A stretch of 64,000 bases of DNA. Origin: Bacteroides ovatus (GTDB taxonomy: Bacteria; Bacteroidota; Bacteroidia; Bacteroidales; Bacteroidaceae). Location of the stretch: positions 14,367 through 78,366 of the forward strand of contig JAUUNK010000003.1 in NCBI GenBank assembly GCA_030844565.1, given 5' to 3'. The notes beneath the pieces are model-generated. The model saw nothing but the letters and a program-made list of their open reading frames with translations. It had not been told where the DNA came from and ran no database searches. A program made the translations under genes and the position numbers. Shown here piece by piece: positions 21,732 to 32,589 of the stretch (positions within the stretch are counted from its first letter, which is position 1; every line of letters begins with the position of its first letter).

Positions 21732-24700
21732 TTAAGTAGCCTGCACATCCTTTGTTCTCATCTCCCTATACTGCTTGGGCGTTGTGCCAAATTTCTGTTC
21801 AAATATTCTGTAGAAATTCCCTCTACTGGGGAATCCGGTCTTCTCCATTATTTCTTTAATAGAAAGCTGGGTTGTGAGCAACAGGCGTTCTACAACTGCC
21901 AGACGGTATTCCCTGATAATGTCGGCGGGAGTCTTCTCCGTGATGTTTTTCAGTTTCCGATAGAACTGCCGGGTGCTATATCCCAGCGAGGCGCTCAGGA
22001 ACTCCACCGATAACTCCGTGTCTTCTATATGGCTGTCTATCACCTGCATCATCTTTTCAAAGAAAGACTTGTCTTCTTTGTGAAGGAGATTGCCACCATC
22101 CAGCTCGAAAGCGCTTAAGACGGAACTATAATATTCTTTGAGCTCTTGTTCGCGTTGCAACAGCCTTCTTACCACCTTTTCGAGATATTCCACATTAAAA
22201 GGTTTCGTAATATAAACCTCCGCCCCGGACTCGATTCCTTTTGTCTGCTCGCCAATATTGTTCAGGGCTGAAAGCAGAATTAAGGGGATGCGGCTGAGAA
22301 GCTTATCAGACTTTATCTTTCTGGCAAACGACATTCCATCCATGCCGGGCATCATGACATCCGAAATAATCAAATCGGGCAACTGGATGCCCAACTGATT
22401 CAAAGCTTCTTCGGCACTGCTCAAAGGCACTACATTGTATGAGCCGACAAAGATTTCCGTTATGAACCATAACATGGAAGGATCATCATCAATAATCATC
22501 AGCGTTTTTTTGTCCTTATCGTATTCAGCCGAGGAGTTTCTAAGCTCCATAGATAGTTCTTCTAAAGCCATAACGGGTTGTTCGGTCATTCTTTCCTCTT
22601 CATTATCCACCGTAACTTCCAGGGTGGGCAGCAATACTTCAAAGGTAGTCACCTCGTTGGGGATGCTGGACACATGAATCTGACCCTTCAACAGATGTAC
22701 CATACTGTGGCAGATAGCCAGTCCTAAGCCATTGCGGGGAGAAATTCCATTTTTATTTTGCACCTCGAAATTATCCAGAATCTTGTAGCGGTCGAATATC
22801 CGGGGAAGCTCCGCCTCCTTGATTCCTTTTCCCGTGTTAGATACCCGGATGCAAAGCTGTCCCTCTTTCCGGGATTGCTCCACTTTGATGGTTCCATTTT
22901 CAGGGGTATATTTGAAGGCGTTAGAAATGAGGTTGTTTACTATCTTGCTCAAGCAGCTCACATCCGTATTCCAGAAGATACCTTCTTCTATGTGCAACTC
23001 ATAGTTCAGCTTCCGGCTTTCCGCCAGCTCTCCGAACGATTCGGCAATGGTGCGTATCTGCTGCGCAACAGGGACATGCTTTATCTTCAGAATCTTGTTT
23101 CCCGTCTCGAGCCGGCGGAACTCGATCAGCTCCAATATCAACGCATTCAACTTCAAGGCATTCTGCTGAATCATAGAAGCATACTTACGCACATAGCCGT
23201 CTACGCGGTTATAGGAAAGAATCTTTTCACAGGGACCGTTAATCAAAGTGAGCGGAGTGCAGAACTCATGGGTGATGTTGGTAAAGAACCGTAGTTTCGA
23301 TTCGTATACTTCTTCGCGTTGGTGGCGGTTCATCTCTTCAATCATCACTTCCCGCTTCCGCCGATACCGCCTTATCGCCATACTGATGCCTCCTGCTATG
23401 AGTCCCAGCAACAGTAAAACATACGTGGCATAAGCCCATGTAGTCATATAGTAAGGAGGAGTGATACGGATAAGCAACGGATAAGGTTCGCTCTCTTTTC
23501 CGGTGATATTGCTTCGGTACTTGACCCGCAAAGTATATTCTCCGGGAGAGAGATTGGAAAAAACAGCCACCGTAGAGAGTCCGTTCTCGATCCAACTATC
23601 ACTCAGTCCGTCTATCTTGTAGGAATAGGTATAATTGTTGCCATTGATATAATCGACCGCTTGGAAAGAGAGGTTAAAGAAGTTCTGCCTGTAGTCCAGC
23701 ACGAGGGTTTTCTGTCCGGTTCCTTGCAGGAAATCGTAGATATTGCATTCTTTGCCGAACACGGACAGGCGGTTGAAATACAAAGGAGGCATGTATTCCC
23801 GGGCAAGATGCTCATTCTCGCTAATGGTGATGAATCCGTTTGTTCCTCCGAAGAATAGCGTACCCGTTTGCTCATCCTTAAAGAAAGCGCCGTCGCTGAA
23901 CTCGATAACCTTGAGGTCACCTTGCTGGCGATAGGTCTGAACGGTATTCTCACGAACATTAAACCTCACCATTCCCTGGTTGGTGCTCAGCCACAGATGA
24001 TGGTCTCTTCCTTCCAGTATGCCGTGTATGGTATTGTTAGGGAAACCGTCGGTTTCGTTATATACCCTGTATTCGCCTTGATAGAGGCGGGTCAGCCCAT
24101 AGCTGGTCCCGAACCAATATCCTTCGTCGTTCTTATGAATGGCAAAGATGTCGTTCACCGTCTGATTTTTCACTACGTCGTCAATGCGGCAAGGAGTCAA
24201 CCGGTTGGTGTACGTGTTCATCTTATAAGCACCATAACCGCGGTTGCCAAACCAGATGATGGAATCATTCTCCTGGAAAGAGACAAAGAAATAATTGGAG
24301 TTTCTCTTCCCCCCGTCGAGCGTAAAGCGTTGGGCGGACTTCACTTCGGGCAAAGCGGAAGTAGCGTCAAGGATGATTTTCACAATCCCTTCGCCGGCGG
24401 AGACCACCCATAAAGTGCTGTCATTCGCCTCGAGAATGGAGTGTACGAACTTCACGACCTTGCCTTCCGCCATGACGGGGAATTTCTCTATCCGCCGATG
24501 GAGATAGGAATAATAATTAAGTCCGTTCTCCGTTCCAATCCATAAGAGCTTGCGGCGGCTGGGAGCAAAGCTATAAACCGAATTATCCGTCAAGGAGGTG
24601 TTATTCGCCAAGATCTTTTCTGCACGGGGCAACGTGTCACTATCAGGATGGAAATCCATCATTTTCAGAATACCTCCCCCCTTAGTGCCTATCCACAATG

Positions 24701-25799
24701 TCCGCTCATGATCCAGAAATAAGGCGCGGACCGGATTATTCACCCGATACTCCGGCACGTCCAAAAGCACGTTATCAATAGAAAACTCATCCGTAAAGTA
24801 CATGTAGAGTCCCTGCCCGTCGGCTCCCACCCAAAGGATGTCCTGGAAGCGGTCTTTCATAAGGCAGAATATACCCGACTGAATATTAATGGGCTGCAAG
24901 CTATATTTCACTTTAGAGTCGGGTAAATACTTCAGCTCAATCAACCCGCTTCCCTTAAAACCTACAAAATAATCGGCTTTCTGCTTGACGATGGAAGAAA
25001 TCTCTCCGCGACGGAGCACTTCTTCTTCCAGGTTGGCTATAAAAGATGCGGTACGGGTATTTAAATCGTACTCATAAAGTGCGTAAGTGCTATCGACGAA
25101 ATAAAGCAATTCTCCATCTACAAACGCCCATAACAACCGCTCGGTATGTTGCAAGCCCTCGCAGGGGAGCAGCTTTACTCTGTCGGCGTCTTTTTTAATC
25201 CGGTAGCTGCGGTTATCGCCGTCCGCAGAGAATATCCAGAGGACGCCGAAATCGTCAATTGCCATCTCCTGCACTTCCTCAAAATGTATCTTCTCCACAT
25301 CGAGCTGGCAAAAGTCTTGCTGCTGCGGCTGGTAATAGTAGATATAACCATCGTCCTTAATAATAAAGAAATCATCCTGGGGGCTTATCGCCATGCGGTT
25401 GATGTATTTAAAGTCTTTAAAGCTTTGGATGGTCTGCCTGCGTGTATCGAAGCGGTCGAGCCCGTAATTGGTTTGTATCCACAACACATCGTTATCCGCT
25501 TCGATAATCCGTTCTATCAGGTTGCCCGAGAAACTGTTGTGTACATTGGTAGGTCTGTATAGCCCCAGATAACTGCCATCATAAATATTCAATCCGTCGC
25601 ATGAACCAATCCATACTACGCCGTGCCTGTCTTGGCACAAGGAAAGAATGGCACTATTGGACAATCCGTTTTTACTGGAAAATTGCCGGAGACTGTACGA
25701 AGCATTTACATCTGCTCCTATCAAAAGAAAAGAAATCAGTAGCAAGAGGGTACGTCCTAAAAAAGTAGCTTTCTCCGTCCATTTGCTGTGTTTTTTCAT
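21732..25799 (-). CDS. Hybrid two-component system HTCS-1 (propeller sensor, Y_Y_Y, HisKA, HATPase, REC, AraC)
   Basis: Reg_prop repeats (WIGS, LWIGT), FFTNITHEFCTPL, NLISNAFKY, GLGLAI, IISDVMMPGMDG and a C-terminal AraC HTH. Confidence 0.95.
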   Translation of the reverse strand: MKKHSKWTEKATFLGRTLLLLISFLLIGADVNASYSLRQFSSKNGLSNSAILSLCQDRHGVVWIGSCDGLNIYDGSYLGLYRPTNVHNSFSGNLIERIIEADNDVLWIQTNYGLDRFDTRRQTIQSFKDFKYINRMAISPQDDFFIIKDDGYIYYYQPQQQDFCQLDVEKIHFEEVQEMAIDDFGVLWIFSADGDNRSYRIKKDADRVKLLPCEGLQHTERLLWAFVDGELLYFVDSTYALYEYDLNTRTASFIANLEEEVLRRGEISSIVKQKADYFVGFKGSGLIELKYLPDSKVKYSLQPINIQSGIFCLMKDRFQDILWVGADGQGLYMYFTDEFSIDNVLLDVPEYRVNNPVRALFLDHERTLWIGTKGGGILKMMDFHPDSDTLPRAEKILANNTSLTDNSVYSFAPSRRKLLWIGTENGLNYYSYLHRRIEKFPVMAEGKVVKFVHSILEANDSTLWVVSAGEGIVKIILDATSALPEVKSAQRFTLDGGKRNSNYFFVSFQENDSIIWFGNRGYGAYKMNTYTNRLTPCRIDDVVKNQTVNDIFAIHKNDEGYWFGTSYGLTRLYQGEYRVYNETDGFPNNTIHGILEGRDHHLWLSTNQGMVRFNVRENTVQTYRQQGDLKVIEFSDGAFFKDEQTGTLFFGGTNGFITISENEHLAREYMPPLYFNRLSVFGKECNIYDFLQGTGQKTLVLDYRQNFFNLSFQAVDYINGNNYTYSYKIDGLSDSWIENGLSTVAVFSNLSPGEYTLRVKYRSNITGKESEPYPLLIRITPPYYMTTWAYATYVLLLLGLIAGGISMAIRRYRRKREVMIEEMNRHQREEVYESKLRFFTNITHEFCTPLTLINGPCEKILSYNRVDGYVRKYASMIQQNALKLNALILELIEFRRLETGNKILKIKHVPVAQQIRTIAESFGELAESRKLNYELHIEEGIFWNTDVSCLSKIVNNLISNAFKYTPENGTIKVEQSRKEGQLCIRVSNTGKGIKEAELPRIFDRYKILDNFEVQNKNGISPRNGLGLAICHSMVHLLKGQIHVSSIPNEVTTFEVLLPTLEVTVDNEEERMTEQPVMALEELSMELRNSSAEYDKDKKTLMIIDDDPSMLWFITEIFVGSYNVVPLSSAEEALNQLGIQLPDLIISDVMMPGMDGMSFARKIKSDKLLSRIPLILLSALNNIGEQTKGIESGAEVYITKPFNVEYLEKVVRRLLQREQELKEYYSSVLSAFELDGGNLLHKEDKSFFEKMMQVIDSHIEDTELSVEFLSASLGYSTRQFYRKLKNITEKTPADIIREYRLAVVERLLLTTQLSIKEIMEKTGFPSRGNFYRIFEQKFGTTPKQYREMRTKDVQAT

Positions 25800-25926
25800 A
25801 TAGTATGCTCTTTGTTTTAAATTGAGACACGAAAATTGGCGGAAAGATATAGAAAATCGGGAAAATGTCCAAAAACTGTATAAGAAACCTCGGGATCAGT
25901 TGCAAAATAGTAAAATAAGAGTTCGC

Positions 25927-25958
25927 TTTTAAGACATACATGTTTTCATTTACGACAT
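25927..25958 (+). promoter_or_regulatory. Candidate HTCS (AraC) operator: TTTAnGACA direct repeat with a 21-bp period
   Basis: TTTAAGACAT ... TTTACGACAT, with GAC at 25933 and 25954. The same arrangement recurs at 29841-29872. Confidence 0.6.
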
Positions 25959-26017
25959 TCATGAAGGGAGAAACATTTATGTCAGAGTGCTATACACCAC
26001 CTTATATTAACAGAGAC

Positions 26018-26025
26018 TAACTTTG
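26018..26025 (+). promoter_or_regulatory. -7 promoter element (TAACTTTG) for the GH31-GH76 operon
   Basis: Exact TAnnTTTG match 80 bp upstream of the ATG at 26105. Confidence 0.6.
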
Positions 26026-26104
26026 TGAAAGCCGAAACGAAAGGGTAGTTTATGCAGCTACCCCTACCGTGGGAAGTGAGTTTTTTTATTTAATAATCTA
26101 AATT

Positions 26105-28258
26105 ATGAAACATACCTGCATGAAAACAGTAGCACTTTGTTTGCTCACAATGTTGCCTTTAGTGGCTAATGCTTCTACAGAGAAGGTAGATGTCGCACGT
26201 AGCGTAATGGTGGGGGACGGCATCGCCAAGTTCATTCCCCAAGGATTCGATGCCGGGAAGATACCTTCTCTTGCTATCGGGAAAGAACCCCGTGAACAGG
26301 GAGCGCTTCCTTCCGGTTGGACGCTTATCCCCGAGTTTTCCCTTACCGACGGCAAAGCGAATGCCTCGCTCACAGTGCCCGCAGGTACAAGCCTCTATGG
26401 CGGCGGCGAAGTGACCGGACCTCTCCTTCGCAACGGAAAAACCATCAAACTGTGGAACACCGACACCGGCGCATACGGAGTGGACAACGGAACCCGTCTC
26501 TACCAGTCGCATCCCTGGATGATGGGTGTAAGAAAAGACGGTACGGCATTCGGAATCCTCTTCGACACCACCTGGAAAGCCGAACTGACAAGCAACGACG
26601 ACAAAATAGAACTCCGCACCCAAGGAGAACCGTTCCGGGTATTCATCATCGACCGGGAATCTCCCCAAGCCGTAGTGCGCGGACTTGCCGAACTAATAGG
26701 AACCATGCCTATGATTCCCCGCTGGGCGCTGGGCTACCAGCAATCACGATTCTCTTATCAACCCGCTAGCCGCGTCATCGAAATTGCAGATACATTCCGG
26801 GTGAAACGTATCCCCTGTGATGTCATCTGGATGGACATTGACTACATGGACGGATACCGGATATTCACCTTCGACCCCAAGAAGTTCCCCGACCCGAAAG
26901 CGGTGAACCGTGACCTGCATCTGCGGGGTTTCCACTCCGCCTGGATGATAGACCCGGGAGCTAAGGTAGACCCTAACTACTTCGTATATAAATCGGGGAC
27001 GGAAAACGACATGTGGGTGAAGACAAAAGACGGCAAAGACTTCCACGGCGACGCATGGCCCGGAGCAGCAGCATTCCCCGACTTCACATCCCCCAAAGTA
27101 TGCAAATGGTGGAGCGACCTCTATAAAGACTTCCTTGCCCAAGGAGTGGACGGCGTGTGGAACGACGTGAATGAACCACAGATAAACGACACTCCCAACA
27201 AGACAATGCCTGAGGATAACTTACACCGCGGCGGCGGCAACTTGCCCCAAGGGACACATCTTCAATATCATAATGTATACGGATACCTGATGGTGAAGGC
27301 CTCCCGCGAGGGAATATTGAAGGCACGCCCGGAAAAACGCCCGTTCATCCTCACACGTTCCAACTTCCTGGGAGGACAGCGCTATGCCGCCACCTGGACA
27401 GGCGATAACGGTTCGTGGTGGGATCATCTGAAGATGTCCGTACCCATGTCGCTCACACTGGGGTTGTCCGGGCAACCGTTCAGCGGAGCGGACATAGGTG
27501 GCTTCCTGTTTAATGCAGACGCCAACTTATTCGGCAACTGGATCGGATTCGGCGCTTTCTATCCCTTTGCCCGCGGACATGCCTGTGCAGGAACCAACAA
27601 CAAAGAACCCTGGGCTTTCGGAAAAGAAGTGGAAGACGCTTCGCGCATAGCGCTGGAACGTAGATACATACTACTCCCCTACTTCTACACACTGCTGCAC
27701 GAGGCTTCTACCAGCGGCATGCCCATCATGCGCCCTGTCTTCTTTGCCGACCCCAAAGACCTGTCGTTGCGCGCCGAAGAACAGGCATTCCTTGTGGGCG
27801 ATAACCTGCTGATTATCCCGGCATTCGCCAATCAGCCGAAGTTACCCAAAGGAATATGGAAAGACCTTTCTCTTGTCAATGGAGACCAAAGCGATAAGTT
27901 CCAGGCAAAGATAAAAATTCGCGGCGGCGCCATCATTCCTACAGGAAAGATTATCCAGAACACAACCGAGAACTCATTAGACCCTCTGACCCTACTGGTC
28001 TGCCTCGACGAACAGGGCAAAGCGACGGGAAGCATGTATTGGGATGAAGGCGACGGCTGGAGCTTCAAGAAGGGCAACTATAGCCTGCAACAATTCTCGG
28101 CAGAGCAGAAAGATAATAAGGTGATTGTGAAACTATCTGCGAAAACCGGTAAAAGAGAAACCGAAAACAAAGATATGGCTATAGTCAAAGTTATAATGAA
28201 GAACGGCATCCGTCAAGCCAGCGGTAATCTGACGGAAGGCATAGAAGTAAAACTATGA
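26105..28258 (+). CDS. GH31 alpha-glucosidase (glucosidase II/MalA-like)
   Basis: Signal peptide, LYQSHPW, WMDIDYMDGYR, nucleophile GVWNDVNEP, TWTGDN and GADIGGF. Confidence 0.92.
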   Translation: MKHTCMKTVALCLLTMLPLVANASTEKVDVARSVMVGDGIAKFIPQGFDAGKIPSLAIGKEPREQGALPSGWTLIPEFSLTDGKANASLTVPAGTSLYGGGEVTGPLLRNGKTIKLWNTDTGAYGVDNGTRLYQSHPWMMGVRKDGTAFGILFDTTWKAELTSNDDKIELRTQGEPFRVFIIDRESPQAVVRGLAELIGTMPMIPRWALGYQQSRFSYQPASRVIEIADTFRVKRIPCDVIWMDIDYMDGYRIFTFDPKKFPDPKAVNRDLHLRGFHSAWMIDPGAKVDPNYFVYKSGTENDMWVKTKDGKDFHGDAWPGAAAFPDFTSPKVCKWWSDLYKDFLAQGVDGVWNDVNEPQINDTPNKTMPEDNLHRGGGNLPQGTHLQYHNVYGYLMVKASREGILKARPEKRPFILTRSNFLGGQRYAATWTGDNGSWWDHLKMSVPMSLTLGLSGQPFSGADIGGFLFNADANLFGNWIGFGAFYPFARGHACAGTNNKEPWAFGKEVEDASRIALERRYILLPYFYTLLHEASTSGMPIMRPVFFADPKDLSLRAEEQAFLVGDNLLIIPAFANQPKLPKGIWKDLSLVNGDQSDKFQAKIKIRGGAIIPTGKIIQNTTENSLDPLTLLVCLDEQGKATGSMYWDEGDGWSFKKGNYSLQQFSAEQKDNKVIVKLSAKTGKRETENKDMAIVKVIMKNGIRQASGNLTEGIEVKL

Positions 28259-29817
28259 AAAGAAAAAATATAATGAAGAATATTACCCGCATATTGATGC
28301 TCTTTTTGCTCCTCGCAAGTATCACACAATCGTGCAGCGACGACAATGCGAAAGGAGGAGAAAAGGTTCCCCAAAAGATTGCCCCCGTCAGTCAACTGGA
28401 AGTGTTGCCGACACAAGGAGAAAAAGAACTTCTCGTTAAATTTGTGAGGGAAACCTATGTGAAAGGTGTCCAAATAGAACTAGCCTACCGGAAAGCAGAC
28501 ACCGGCGGGACGGGAGAATGGAGTACCATCATCTTGGACGATGCTAACTATAAATACGGAGGAAACTATTTGTTGGAAGTCCCTTCGGCAGGGACCTACG
28601 AAGTCAGCATCACCCTGGTGGGACCGGACGGCACACGTTCTGAAAGCAAAAGCCAGACGGCGGCCACAGTGGACTATGCACAAACCAAAATGTTCGACTG
28701 TGCCCATTCACTGATGAAATCCGTCATAAAGTACTATTACCACAAAGGACCCAGAACCTGCTGGCAGACCTGGTATCCCAAAGAAGAAGGTTATTGGGAG
28801 GGCGATGCCCTCGTATGGGGACAAGGAAGCGGGCTGTCTGCATTCGTTGCCATGAGGGAAGCCTCCATCGGCACAGAACAGCAAGACTATTATAAGTCTC
28901 TGGATAATGACATGTTCGACGGCATCCAATGTTTCTGGGTGACCGACCGCGGACGCACTGCCTACAGTGTATATCCCGAAGCAGGGAACGAACGCTTTTA
29001 TGATGATAACGTATGGATAGGTCTCGATATGGCAGAGTGGTATACTATTACCAACAACACGCGTTATCTCGACCAGGCTAAAGCCGTGTGGGAGTATCTG
29101 TCGCAATATGGATGGGACGAAACCTGTGGCGGAGGAGTCTATTGGAAGGAACTGAACGAACCTACCAACTCAAAGAATACCTGCTCTACCGCCCCGACCG
29201 GAGTATTAAGTTGCAAACTCTACCAAATCACACACGAACAAATGTACTTGGACAAAGCGATAGAATGCTTCAATTGGTTACAGAATTATATGCAGGACCC
29301 CGGCGACCATCTATATTACGACAATGCCTCTCCCAAGGAAAGCGACCCCACTCAAATAGACCGTATAGAGAAAAGTAAATTCTCTTATAACTCAGGACAA
29401 CCTATGCAACTGGCTTGCCTTCTTTATAAAATCACCGGAGAAGAGTCGTATCTGACAACAGCGAAACAGATAGCGGAAAGTTGCCATAAGCATTGGTTCA
29501 ACTCCTACTATTCGGATGTGCTAAAACGCGATTTCAATATACTGTCACCCGGACATGCCTGGTTCAACACCATCATGTGCCGAGGCTTCTTCGAACTTTA
29601 CTCCATTGACCGAAACCCCATATATCTGGAAGATATACGCACCACCATGTTACACGCATGGTGTGGCAAAGCACATCATACCAACGGACTCATTAACGAC
29701 AATGACCTAAGCGGAGCCAGCCCCATGCAGAAATGGGAAATCCTGCATCAGGGAGCATTAGTTGAACTATATGCCCGCCTAGCAACAATAGAAAAGGAAA
29801 GTAACAAAGGCAATTAA
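28255..29817 (+). CDS. GH76 family surface lipoprotein with an N-terminal beta-sandwich domain
   Basis: Lipobox QSC followed by SDDN, catalytic RFYDDNVW, GGGVYW, KNTCST and SYNSG. ATGA overlap with the GH31 stop. Confidence 0.88.
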   Translation: MKRKNIMKNITRILMLFLLLASITQSCSDDNAKGGEKVPQKIAPVSQLEVLPTQGEKELLVKFVRETYVKGVQIELAYRKADTGGTGEWSTIILDDANYKYGGNYLLEVPSAGTYEVSITLVGPDGTRSESKSQTAATVDYAQTKMFDCAHSLMKSVIKYYYHKGPRTCWQTWYPKEEGYWEGDALVWGQGSGLSAFVAMREASIGTEQQDYYKSLDNDMFDGIQCFWVTDRGRTAYSVYPEAGNERFYDDNVWIGLDMAEWYTITNNTRYLDQAKAVWEYLSQYGWDETCGGGVYWKELNEPTNSKNTCSTAPTGVLSCKLYQITHEQMYLDKAIECFNWLQNYMQDPGDHLYYDNASPKESDPTQIDRIEKSKFSYNSGQPMQLACLLYKITGEESYLTTAKQIAESCHKHWFNSYYSDVLKRDFNILSPGHAWFNTIMCRGFFELYSIDRNPIYLEDIRTTMLHAWCGKAHHTNGLINDNDLSGASPMQKWEILHQGALVELYARLATIEKESNKGN

Positions 29818-29840
29818 CCGGAGAATTGCAAAAAGTACGG

Positions 29841-29872
29841 TTTTAAGACGCAGACATGCCTTTTTATGACAC
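29841..29872 (+). promoter_or_regulatory. Second candidate HTCS operator (TTTAnGAC x2, 21-bp period) upstream of GH3
   Basis: TTTTAAGACG ... TTTTATGACA, with GAC at 29847 and 29868. Confidence 0.6.
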
Positions 29873-29992
29873 TTTTTCGGGATAATCATAAATGGCAGAA
29901 GCTGGTATATGGCTTTATATTCTATAGTTTAATTAGCAGCATCAATCAAACAGAAAAAACCTTTAATTAATCACCTAGACAAATAGAATAAG

Positions 29993-32470
29993 ATGAAATC
30001 ACTTAGGAAAAAAATCGCCCTTTTAATTTTATCAGTCGTTCCTTTTTCGTGTGTACAAGCCCAGAAATGGTATAAGCCGGAAATAGACCAAAAAGTGGAA
30101 GAACTGCTGAAGCAAATGACAGTGGAAGAAAAACTGGGATACATTGGCGGAGTAGACTGGATGTATACCAAGAATATCGACCGCCTGGGAATTCACCGCA
30201 TGAAGATGTCCGACGGTCCGCAAGGACTCGGAACCAACGGAAAGTCCACAGCCTATCCCTCAACCGTGACCCTGGCAGCTACATGGAACGAGAATCTCGC
30301 CTATGAATATGGAAAAGCCCTGGGACGCGACTGCAAAGCAAGAAATGTGAATGTCCTGCTGGGCCCCGCTGTGAACATCTACCGCGCTCCCATGTGTGGA
30401 CGTAACTTTGAATATATGGGCGAAGATCCTTATCTGACATCACGCATCTGTGTAGGATATATAAAAGGAGTGCAGGACCAGGGAGTGATGGCTACCGTCA
30501 AACACTTCGTCGCTAACAACTCCGATTATGACCGCAACAATATCAGCAACGACATCGACGAACGCACGCTGAATGAAATCTACTTCCCCGCTTACAAAGC
30601 CGCCGTACAAGAAGCGGAGGTGGGCGCAGTGATGTCGAGCTACAACCTGCTCAACGGCATCTATACCACCGAAAGCCCCTGGCTGCTGAAAGAAGTCCTC
30701 CGCAACCAATGGGGCTTCAAAGGACTGGTGATGTCCGACTGGGGGTCCACCCACTATTGTGTGCCCGCCGCCAAAAGCGGACTTGACCTGGAAATGGCAG
30801 GCGGCGAAAAGATGAATCCTAAAGATATGGCTTACTATCTGAAAACCGGCGACGTCACCATGGACATGGTGGACGAAAAAGTGCGCCACATCTTGCGCAT
30901 ACTCATCGCCTTCGGATTTAAAGACGGTACACAAGCTGATAAGAATATTCCTTTGGACAATCCTCAAACGGTGGAAACAGCACTCAACGTAGCCCGCGAA
31001 GGGATGGTTCTTTTGAAGAACGAAAAAAACATTCTCCCGCTCAACCCCAAGAAATACAAACATATCATTGTCACCGGAAAGAATGCACACGGCTATGTGC
31101 ACGGTGGTGGCAGTGGCGCAGTGGTTCCTTTCCACTACACCAACCTGTTCGATGGCATCCGCCGGGAAGGAGAACAACACAATGTGAAAGTAGAATATGT
31201 GGATGAACTCGACTTTATGCCCTCTATCATGTATACAGACGGCAGCCTCAACGAGAAAGGTTTCCATGCTGAATACTTTAAGAATATCCACTTCGAAGGC
31301 GAACCGGTGGTGAAGCAAACAGAGAAGAAGATTAACTACTCCTGGGCAGCAGGCACCGAACTGGAAGGCATGCCGAAAGACTATTTCTCCGTGAAATGGT
31401 ATAGCACGATGTGTTCGGACGAAACTGCCGAATACGAATTCACACTGGGCGGAGACGACGGCTACCGCCTGTTTATCAACGACGAACGGGTTATAGACGA
31501 CTGGACACCGGGAAGCTTCCGAAGCACCAATATCACCAAGACACTGAAGGCAGGCGTCAAATATCAGATTCGCGTAGAATATTACCAACAAGGCGGTGGC
31601 GCAAGCGTCTGCCTGATGTGGAAACGCAAAGACGGCCAACAGAACCAATTTGCCGACTATCTGAATAAAGCCGACCTGGTTATAGCCTGCTTCGGACATA
31701 ACTCCGACACGGAAGGAGAAGGCAGCGACCGCACCTTCGGATTGCCGGAAATAGATAAAAAAATGCTTGCCAGCGTATTAAAATGCAAACGTCCCGTCAT
31801 CGGCGTAGTCAACGGCGGTGGCAACATCGAAATGCAAGGATGGGAACCTTCTCTGAAAGGCTTGCTCTGGGCATTCTACGGAGGACAGGAAGCAGGAACC
31901 GCTGTCGGAGAAGTGTTGTTCGGCAAAGTGAATCCCTCGGGCAAACTTCCTATGACTTTTGAAAAGAAATGGGAAGACAACCCCGCCTACAACAGCTATC
32001 ACGACCGCGACGGAGACAAGCATGTGGCATACACCGAAGGCATCTTTATCGGCTATCGCGGATACGACAAGCTGAAACGCGAAGTGCAATATCCCTTCGG
32101 CTACGGATTGTCTTACACCACTTTCAAGCTTTCCGACATGACCGTTTCGAAGCCGCGTGCCGACGGAACGATGGAAGTCACCTGCCGCCTGACCAACACC
32201 GGAAAGAAAGACGGAGCACAAGTAGTGCAGGCTTATGTAGGCAAAACGGAAAGCAGCCCCGTGGAACGTCCGGAAAAGGAATTGAGGAAATTTGAAAAAG
32301 TATTCCTCAAAGCCGGAGAATCCTCTACGGTGAAAATGACATTGCCCAAAGAGTCTTTCATGTACTTCGACGTAAACAGCAAGAAGTTTACTGCGGACCC
32401 GGGAACTTACAACATCCTGTTGGGATTCTCTTCCCGAGACATCAAGCTGCAGAAGAACATCGTTTTCTAA
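29993..32470 (+). CDS. GH3 beta-glucosidase with PA14 and FN3 domains
   Basis: MSDGPQG, GRNFEYMGEDP, KHFVAN, nucleophile MSDWG, a PA14 insert (DDGYRLFIN, VEYYQ) and YPFGYGLSYT. Confidence 0.92.
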   Translation: MKSLRKKIALLILSVVPFSCVQAQKWYKPEIDQKVEELLKQMTVEEKLGYIGGVDWMYTKNIDRLGIHRMKMSDGPQGLGTNGKSTAYPSTVTLAATWNENLAYEYGKALGRDCKARNVNVLLGPAVNIYRAPMCGRNFEYMGEDPYLTSRICVGYIKGVQDQGVMATVKHFVANNSDYDRNNISNDIDERTLNEIYFPAYKAAVQEAEVGAVMSSYNLLNGIYTTESPWLLKEVLRNQWGFKGLVMSDWGSTHYCVPAAKSGLDLEMAGGEKMNPKDMAYYLKTGDVTMDMVDEKVRHILRILIAFGFKDGTQADKNIPLDNPQTVETALNVAREGMVLLKNEKNILPLNPKKYKHIIVTGKNAHGYVHGGGSGAVVPFHYTNLFDGIRREGEQHNVKVEYVDELDFMPSIMYTDGSLNEKGFHAEYFKNIHFEGEPVVKQTEKKINYSWAAGTELEGMPKDYFSVKWYSTMCSDETAEYEFTLGGDDGYRLFINDERVIDDWTPGSFRSTNITKTLKAGVKYQIRVEYYQQGGGASVCLMWKRKDGQQNQFADYLNKADLVIACFGHNSDTEGEGSDRTFGLPEIDKKMLASVLKCKRPVIGVVNGGGNIEMQGWEPSLKGLLWAFYGGQEAGTAVGEVLFGKVNPSGKLPMTFEKKWEDNPAYNSYHDRDGDKHVAYTEGIFIGYRGYDKLKREVQYPFGYGLSYTTFKLSDMTVSKPRADGTMEVTCRLTNTGKKDGAQVVQAYVGKTESSPVERPEKELRKFEKVFLKAGESSTVKMTLPKESFMYFDVNSKKFTADPGTYNILLGFSSRDIKLQKNIVF

Positions 32471-32499
32471 ATCCTTTTAAACTTCGCAAACGCTACGTT

Positions 32500-32533
32500 C
32501 CGACGAGAAAATGCCCGCAAGGTTTCTCGTCGG
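32500..32533 (+). other. Intergenic stem-loop without a U-tract
   Basis: 11-bp stem ccgacgagaaa/tttctcgtcgg with a 12-nt loop, between GH3 and the IPT/TIG gene. Confidence 0.6.
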
Positions 32534-32589
32534 TAGGGATACCTATATATATAACCCTTTGTACACAATAACCTATAAAAAAACATTTT

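Noticed and set aside
30440..31699. 419-aa antisense ORF in GH3, and similar shadows such as 52827..53930, 6229..7206 and 56144..57088
   Set aside because: All lie fully inside well-supported genes on the opposite strand and have no recognisable domains.
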